IMG/VR virus record: IMGVR_UViG_3300005841_000936
Span: 1-64,000 of that record
Length of the DNA: 64,000 nt
DNA from: a virus
Reading direction: 5' to 3' (one strand)
The translations under genes and the position numbers were made by a program. The notes below the pieces were generated by a model. That model was not told where the DNA came from, made no database searches, and saw only the letters and a program-made list of their open reading frames with translations. The first letter of the stretch is position 1; every line of letters begins with the position of its first letter. Below are positions 58,114 to 64,000 of the stretch, piece after piece.

Positions 58114-60264
58114 ATGCAACTCGCGCAAGAAACGCGGGCAGTAGCCCGTGCTGGCGTCCTCGAGACTGCCAGAGCCACCATCAAAGCCACGCCGAAGATA
58201 TTCAACTTCTTCGCTGACTCCACTTACGCCAACAAGCCCGTCGCGATCTGCCGCGAGCTCGTTGCCAACGCCCAGGACGGGCACACCGCCGCTGGCAAGA
58301 GCCACATTCCTGTCGAGGTCTGGCTTCCGACCGTGCTGGATCCAACTTTCCGGGTCCGTGATCAGGGCATCGGCATGAGCCACGAGTTCATGATGACCCG
58401 GTTCATGGCTTATACCGACGGCTCGACCAAGGACAGCGACAATAGCCAGATTGGTGGCTTCGGTATCGGCTCAAAGAGCCCGTTCGCCTACGTCGATCAG
58501 TTCACGATCGTCTCCACGCATGATGGAGTGCGCTCGGTCTACTCGGTGTTCAAGGATGAAGACGGCATCCCTTCGATCGCTCTGCTCGATCAGGCCAGCA
58601 CCGATCTTCATAACGGTGTCGAGGTCAGTTTTCCGGTCCAGGAGGACGACTTCCTGACGTTCGAGAACGCAGCCTTCGAAAGCCTCAAATATTTCGACCC
58701 ACTGCCGATTATTAAAAATTCGATCGCGGGAGCATTCAAGCTTCCCGATTATGTGAGCCGCGGCAAAGGCTGGGCGATGCGCCTGCAGTCTGGTCCACTG
58801 GCAGTGATCATGGGCGGCATTCGTTATCCCGTTGCCACCGCCAACCTCACGCACAAGTTCGACTATGATAGCCCGGCGCGCAAGCTCCTGGAATATGGTC
58901 TCGATCTGATCCTTCCGATCGGGACCTGCTCAGTCGCGTTGAGCCGTGAAGCTCTGTCTTATGACGACAAGACAATCGTCGCGCTGAAGGATGCGTGCGA
59001 CCTCGTGATCGAGGAAGTGGCGGCATCGTTCAGCACGATGTTCGATCACTTCGACACGCTCTGGGAAGCGCGCAGTGCGCTCTCAGCCGAGACAGCTGAC
59101 CAATATTCAGCGCGTGGAAAGTTCCTGCTCGAGCATGCTCAGTATCGGGGCCAGCCGTTTGACGTAAAGGTCATGCCAGCGCATTTGGGCACAACCCAAG
59201 GGTGGGACGGGAAACCCGTCAAGATCTTCGGCTTCCAGACCTGGACCATTGACAGCCTGGCGCAGCGTCTCGGTCGGCGCAGCAGCAATCGCCCGCCCTG
59301 CCCTGCTGCAAAATGGGATGACGTGGCAGCGACGCGAGGATTTGATCCCTCGAACGTTGAAGCCCTCATCATTGACGATCTGCCGCAAGAGGCCAAGTAT
59401 CGCTCCATCCGTCGGATCAAGGATTTTGTTGACGAATCAGACAACGGAAAGAGCATCATCGTTGTTCGACCGAACGAGGCCCGGAACCTAACCGTCGAGC
59501 AGATCGTCACCGCATTCGAGAACCCGCCGGCGGACATTGTGGTCCTGACCTCGACGCTTCCGGAGCCGGAGAAAGCTGTTCGAACACCAACGAACAAGCT
59601 TCGGCCTCGAGTTCGGATGTTCACCTACGAAGGGCGATCGAACGGCCAGTATAATAGTTATACCGAAGTCGGCAATATCACTCCCGGCAAATACGGCCGG
59701 CGTGGGGTAGACGAGATTCCGTACATCAACCAACCGCTCGAAGGTATCTTCGTTGCGATGGAGAAGTTTGATCTCCCGTATGGCCTATATGATAAGATGC
59801 GGGTTGGCCTCGTGGCATGGAGCGAGCTCTATTTCGTCAACCGCAACGATGCCAAAAAACTGGATAAATCCAGGTGGCGTAACTTCTTCGACGTGTTCGA
59901 AGACCGCCGTAAAGCAGCTGTCGCAGAATATCCTGAGTTGCCGCAGCGTCTGGCTGTTTCTAACAGCTCTCAGTTCCAGGATCTGTTTAATTATTTTCGG
60001 AGCCATGCTCATCAATTGAGCCTGACACCGGCACAGCAGAAGTCCCCGTTTGGCCGCATCCTCAACCTTTACCTCACCTATGTCGAACCACTCACTCATG
60101 AACAGCTCAAGCTGGCCAAATTTGTCGAGGCCAAATTGCCGGGCCGTGTGAAGCCCGATGAGCTCTTGAATGCTTTCAAAACCAAGCAGTGGAAGGCCGC
60201 GCGCCTTCTCGAACTCACCACCAATGGATCAGATATTCCACTGATCCTGGAGAATCTGTCATGA
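58114..60264 (+). CDS. rIIA: rIIA-like protein (GHKL ATPase N-domain)
   Basis: RELVANAQD, VRDQGIGMS, STK...IGGFGIGSKSPFAY, SREALSYD. Confidence 0.85.
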   Translation: MQLAQETRAVARAGVLETARATIKATPKIFNFFADSTYANKPVAICRELVANAQDGHTAAGKSHIPVEVWLPTVLDPTFRVRDQGIGMSHEFMMTRFMAYTDGSTKDSDNSQIGGFGIGSKSPFAYVDQFTIVSTHDGVRSVYSVFKDEDGIPSIALLDQASTDLHNGVEVSFPVQEDDFLTFENAAFESLKYFDPLPIIKNSIAGAFKLPDYVSRGKGWAMRLQSGPLAVIMGGIRYPVATANLTHKFDYDSPARKLLEYGLDLILPIGTCSVALSREALSYDDKTIVALKDACDLVIEEVAASFSTMFDHFDTLWEARSALSAETADQYSARGKFLLEHAQYRGQPFDVKVMPAHLGTTQGWDGKPVKIFGFQTWTIDSLAQRLGRRSSNRPPCPAAKWDDVAATRGFDPSNVEALIIDDLPQEAKYRSIRRIKDFVDESDNGKSIIVVRPNEARNLTVEQIVTAFENPPADIVVLTSTLPEPEKAVRTPTNKLRPRVRMFTYEGRSNGQYNSYTEVGNITPGKYGRRGVDEIPYINQPLEGIFVAMEKFDLPYGLYDKMRVGLVAWSELYFVNRNDAKKLDKSRWRNFFDVFEDRRKAAVAEYPELPQRLAVSNSSQFQDLFNYFRSHAHQLSLTPAQQKSPFGRILNLYLTYVEPLTHEQLKLAKFVEAKLPGRVKPDELLNAFKTKQWKAARLLELTTNGSDIPLILENLS

Positions 60265-61403
60265 TTGCACACATACTCACGGACACCAGCCTCACCATCA
60301 TCGGTGCGGACAGCATCCCCAAGAACATTCCCAGCTCCCATCCAAACTGGGATAAAATTCTCACCGCGTTGAATGACAACGAGGGCTACGACGTTCTCAC
60401 GCCGCTGTTCGACCTGCCGGGCGCCGTCATCGCCTACATGGGAAGCGCAGTCAGTGTCGTTGATGACGTGCTGTTTTTCAAGGATCGGCCGCTCGACAAT
60501 CTGCTGAGCCGGCGCATCCTGCAGTTCATGAACGCCGGCCAGGATGGTCTCGTTCAACCGCTGATTGAGTTCCTCACCAAGGTCATGGAGAACCCCAGCT
60601 ATCGCGCTGTCCAGGGCCTGTTCGAATGGGTCGAGAAGTCGGGCCTGCCAATCGCACCGGATGGCGACATCATGGCGTATAAGATCGTCAACGCCAACTT
60701 CCACGACTACCACACCGGAACTTTCGATCACACGCCGGGCATGATCGTCGAGGAAGATCGCAACCAATGTGATGAGGACCCAGACCGGACCTGCAGCAAA
60801 GGCCTCCACTTTTGCTCGGCTGCATACCTGCCGCATTACTATAACAATGCCGATCGTCGTGTCGTCGCCGTGAAGATTTCGCCTGCGGACGTCGTCGCCT
60901 TCCCGCGCGATTACGATACGGCCAAAGGTCGGACCTGCCGGCTCGAGGTTGTCGCCGAGATCGACCGCGAGAAGACCGCGGAGTTCTTTGGTGATGGGTT
61001 GGTCTACACGCCAGTCGTTGAAGAAAATGAGTCCGAAGGTCTCGGCGAGATCAAGGTCGGGGATCGGTTTCGAACCCGCGAGGGTCACATTGTCGAGGTT
61101 AATGAAATCGACCATGATGATGTGCCGTATCCGGTTTATACCGACTGCGGGGCCTATACGACACACGGCCGATTTTACACCGGTCATGAAGACGGTCGCG
61201 ACCTAGTCGAACGTATCGACAGCCCCACCTTTACCGTCGGCCAGGTCTTCAAGACCCGCGGTGGCAACGAAGTAACCGTAGAAGCGGTCTTCCCCGAGGA
61301 CAGTGACGGTTACGTTGTCCGGATGACGGACGACACCCGTCGTACCGCCAAAGGGGGATTCTTTCCCGGTGGTCCGGAAGATGGCGACGATCTGATCCTG
61401 TGA
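60261..61403 (+). CDS. rIIB: rIIB-like protein
   Basis: NPS..AV..LF, DG...AYK.V, CSKGLH, VKISPADVV..P.DY...KGR.C. Confidence 0.85.
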   Translation: MIAHILTDTSLTIIGADSIPKNIPSSHPNWDKILTALNDNEGYDVLTPLFDLPGAVIAYMGSAVSVVDDVLFFKDRPLDNLLSRRILQFMNAGQDGLVQPLIEFLTKVMENPSYRAVQGLFEWVEKSGLPIAPDGDIMAYKIVNANFHDYHTGTFDHTPGMIVEEDRNQCDEDPDRTCSKGLHFCSAAYLPHYYNNADRRVVAVKISPADVVAFPRDYDTAKGRTCRLEVVAEIDREKTAEFFGDGLVYTPVVEENESEGLGEIKVGDRFRTREGHIVEVNEIDHDDVPYPVYTDCGAYTTHGRFYTGHEDGRDLVERIDSPTFTVGQVFKTRGGNEVTVEAVFPEDSDGYVVRMTDDTRRTAKGGFFPGGPEDGDDLIL

Positions 61404-61642
61404 AGCAAATTCTCCATGTGGCTCAGTGTGCCATCGCTTCCAATAGGAAGCACGGCACCAACGAGCCACCGATCATCGTGCGAGACTATCGTGGGTCCGA
61501 AAGGGCCCATGAGGTCGAGCTCGTCGTGCGTGGGGAGGTAGTCGGCAAGTTCGTCTACCGTCCCGACGACCCCTTGCCCTGCGGTGCTCGACTTTGGCTT
61601 GAGAGCCAATCCGACACGCTTGAAATGCGGGCTGTGAATTAG
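61400..61642 (+). CDS. Hypothetical protein
   Basis: N.K.G..EPPI.V...VY.PD.PL.CGAR.W.E pattern. Confidence 0.6.
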   Translation: MKQILHVAQCAIASNRKHGTNEPPIIVRDYRGSERAHEVELVVRGEVVGKFVYRPDDPLPCGARLWLESQSDTLEMRAVN

Positions 61643-61675
61643 CCAAATCCCAGAAATTTTTCCCGGAAATTTAGA

Positions 61676-62749
61676 ATGAAACATCGCGAAATTTATAAGC
61701 GTGACAGCAAGGGCAGGACCCGCGTGTGGTCCGTTGACCAGGACGGTGACGCTTACCGGACCCGTGCTGGCATCCTTGGCGGCAACTTGGTCATAAGCGG
61801 GTGGACAACCTGCATTGGCAAGCAAGGCCGCACTGACGAGGAACAGGCCACGTTCGAAGTCGAGGCCGCTTACAAGCACAAGCTCACTCGTGAATATCAT
61901 GAGGGTTTGGAAGATATCCAATCCGGCGCCCACTTCTTCAAGCCGATGCTGGCCCAGAAGTTCGAGGGCTTCCCGGGGCGATGCTACGCACAGCCGAAGC
62001 TCGATGGCATCAGGTGCATCGCCACCGCGGCGGGCCTGTTCTCCCGCGAGGGCAAGCCGATCACCGCGGTGCCGCATATTCACGCGGCGCTCGACCCGAT
62101 CTTCACGGAGCATCCAGGGATCGTGCTCGACGGCGAGCTATACAATCACGAGTTCCGTGAGGACTTTGGTGAGATCAGTTCGATTGTGCGGAAGAAGGAT
62201 CCTACCATCGAGCAGCTCGAGCGCGCTGAGGCCGTGATGCAGTACCATGTCTATGATCTTCCCTCGATAGGCGACAACCCATTCTGTACTCGCACGGAAG
62301 AACTATCGCGACTGCTTGCCGAGCTCGACTGCGCCTGGATCATCCCGGTGCAGACGGTTCATGTTGGCAGCGCCGAGCTGCTCGATGAACTCTACGGCCA
62401 GTGGATCGAGGCCGGCTGGGAAGGACAGATGGTTCGCCTCGACGCACCCTACGAGCAGAAGCGCAGCAAGACCTTGCTGAAGCGAAAGGAATTCTTAGAT
62501 GCAGAGTTCGAATGTGTCGCGATCGAAGAGGGCAACGGCAATTGGGCGGGCGTCGCGAAGCGCGTCAGCTGCCGTCTTCCTGATGGTCGCATTTTCGGAG
62601 CAGGGATCAAAGGCGATCGCCGCCGCGCCGCGGAGCTCCTGAACGAGAAGCACAACGTCGTCACCGTGAAGTATTTTCAGCTTTCACCTGACGGTGTGCC
62701 CCGGTTCCCGGTGGTGACTAAGTTTCACGGTGCGGAGCGGACGCTGTGA
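61676..62749 (+). CDS. ATP-dependent DNA ligase
   Basis: QPKLDGIRC, LDGELY, EGQM, LLKRK and PRFP motifs. Confidence 0.92.
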   Translation: MKHREIYKRDSKGRTRVWSVDQDGDAYRTRAGILGGNLVISGWTTCIGKQGRTDEEQATFEVEAAYKHKLTREYHEGLEDIQSGAHFFKPMLAQKFEGFPGRCYAQPKLDGIRCIATAAGLFSREGKPITAVPHIHAALDPIFTEHPGIVLDGELYNHEFREDFGEISSIVRKKDPTIEQLERAEAVMQYHVYDLPSIGDNPFCTRTEELSRLLAELDCAWIIPVQTVHVGSAELLDELYGQWIEAGWEGQMVRLDAPYEQKRSKTLLKRKEFLDAEFECVAIEEGNGNWAGVAKRVSCRLPDGRIFGAGIKGDRRRAAELLNEKHNVVTVKYFQLSPDGVPRFPVVTKFHGAERTL

Positions 62750-63000
62750 TTATCTGGTGCCTCTTCAGCATCGCCAACGACTATGACCAGCCGCGTAATA
62801 ATCTCGTGACGTGGTGGCAGAAGAAGCCCTCGCTCGAGGCGTTGGCGAAGACCCTCTGCCATAAGCTTGGCACTGATGACGCGACCACCGTTGCGGTTGT
62901 CCATGTTTGGTCTGGCAAGGAAGCCCGCATCGGGGACACCGATTACCGCCTCGAAGATGTGGCGGAATGTCGGAACCTCGATGAAGAAAGAACTCCGTGA
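62746..63000 (+). CDS. Hypothetical protein
   Basis: GTGA overlap. Confidence 0.55.
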   Translation: MIIWCLFSIANDYDQPRNNLVTWWQKKPSLEALAKTLCHKLGTDDATTVAVVHVWSGKEARIGDTDYRLEDVAECRNLDEERTP

Positions 63001-63262
63001 TCAACTTCTCCATGCTGCGGGCGGCGCAACGCCAGTTGGTTTGGCATTCATCTTCGGTCCGGTCACATTCATCCAGGCAGTCATCATCTCACTGGCCCCG
63101 GGCATTGCTCGGGAGGTGACCGAGTGGATGCTCGCTCCTCCAGGTCACGGTCACCCGTGGAGCCGTGGTAGTCTGATCGACTACACCGGCTGGGTCGGCG
63201 GCGGCGTTGCCATGTTCACCGCTGTGGTGGCGGTGTCTGCGCTGGTCCTTCATTTCTCTTGA
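62981..63262 (+). CDS. Hypothetical membrane protein
   Basis: DQLLH...RE...S..D pattern with TM segments. Confidence 0.55.
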   Translation: MKKELRDQLLHAAGGATPVGLAFIFGPVTFIQAVIISLAPGIAREVTEWMLAPPGHGHPWSRGSLIDYTGWVGGGVAMFTAVVAVSALVLHFS

Positions 63263-63277
63263 GATCATTACAACAGG

Positions 63278-63532
63278 ATGTTCGACAAAACCCCAGCGCC
63301 AGCCGCATTCGCCCCCTCCGAGTATAAAATCGCGGAGGCCCATAAGGATGATGACGGCAACGTCACGCATATCGTCCTTCAACTCGACGATGGTCGAATG
63401 GTCGGCGCCGCCGTAGCCAAAGACCTTCAGATCAAGGCGAAGGACATTCTCAAATCGTCCGTCGCCGTGGTGAAGGACGATGGCGAAAAGGATGGCGTGC
63501 CAGTCAACCCGATCGTGACCAGCGTCCTGTGA
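63278..63532 (+). CDS. Hypothetical protein
   Basis: Part of the early gene run. Confidence 0.55.
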   Translation: MFDKTPAPAAFAPSEYKIAEAHKDDDGNVTHIVLQLDDGRMVGAAVAKDLQIKAKDILKSSVAVVKDDGEKDGVPVNPIVTSVL

Positions 63533-63774
63533 TAAAAATCTTTCTGGCCCTCTCGCTGCTCGCCACTCCGGCAGCAGCGGAGGCGCCAGCCTTTAATGCC
63601 AGCGACGCCATCTCAGTTTGCCGCAACATGCTCGCTGGAAATAACGATGCACTAGCACTCGTCGATCCTGTGAACCTTCCTGTCATCGGTAACGTCTGCA
63701 CCGGCTATTTCGCCGGCATCCAGGATTACATCGCGCTCCGCGAATACGCCGAGCAGAAGCGAAACTCCATCTAG
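63529..63774 (+). CDS. Hypothetical secreted protein
   Basis: Signal peptide MIKIFLALSLLATPAAA. Confidence 0.55.
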   Translation: MIKIFLALSLLATPAAAEAPAFNASDAISVCRNMLAGNNDALALVDPVNLPVIGNVCTGYFAGIQDYIALREYAEQKRNSI

Positions 63775-63784
63775 GAATTCCCTA

Positions 63785-64000
63785 ATGTCTGTACTGACAC
63801 AGCTCCGCGCTCGCGCGGGGATCCGATCCCTATTGTCTGACGTAAATTCCAACCCGAAGGTCGCGAAGAACGACAAGCTTGGCGTTTCGACCGCGGTAAT
63901 GCATCTGGCACCAGGCAACATGTCTGGCCATGAGGTTTGCCCGAAGCGCAGTGCCGGTTGCAGCGCGGCGTGCCTGCACTTTGCTGGCTCCCCGCTGTAT
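63785..64000 (+). CDS. Gp88-like Cys-motif protein (runs off the window end)
   Basis: Manual translation gives HLAPGNMSGHEVCPKRSAGCSAACL. Confidence 0.6.
   Translation, partial: MSVLTQLRARAGIRSLLSDVNSNPKVAKNDKLGVSTAVMHLAPGNMSGHEVCPKRSAGCSAACLHFAGSPLY

Noticed and set aside
60096-61187. 363-aa - strand ORF (and similar 61310..62113, 45744..46577)
   Set aside because: Antisense shadows of rIIB, ligase and an early gene

Overview
This is a 64-kb segment of a GC-rich, lytic-looking tailed dsDNA phage with a siphovirus-type, lambda-like tail tip. An alphaproteobacterial host is plausible but unproven. No integrase, CRISPR array or full tRNA was seen. Layout: lysis cassette (-, 1-2828); an inverted nucleotide/recombination block (+: SbcC-like ATPase, thyA, DUF5664); tail tip genes L, NlpC/P60, JAB, I and a 2396-aa J, with an HTH-metallophosphoesterase between I and J; tail tube; a nonsense-broken HNH; a strand-interleaved block of Arc-like regulator, tail chaperone (-1 frameshift) and completion genes; tape measure; head genes; a glycan-binding/degrading virion protein cluster between portal and prohead protease; GpA-type terminase; primase-helicase; and a + strand early region (small unknown ORFs, Lar-like, stand-alone WYL, C5-MTase-like, rIIA/rIIB, ligase, Gp88-like). 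Signals not explained by the ORF track: a dispersed AGTKAC-N3-GTAACT palindrome family, two other repeated motifs, a multi-hairpin early leader, a tRNA-like mini-structure inside a CDS, and a 5-bp duplication breaking a lysis membrane gene. All annotations are by motif recognition; no searches were run.
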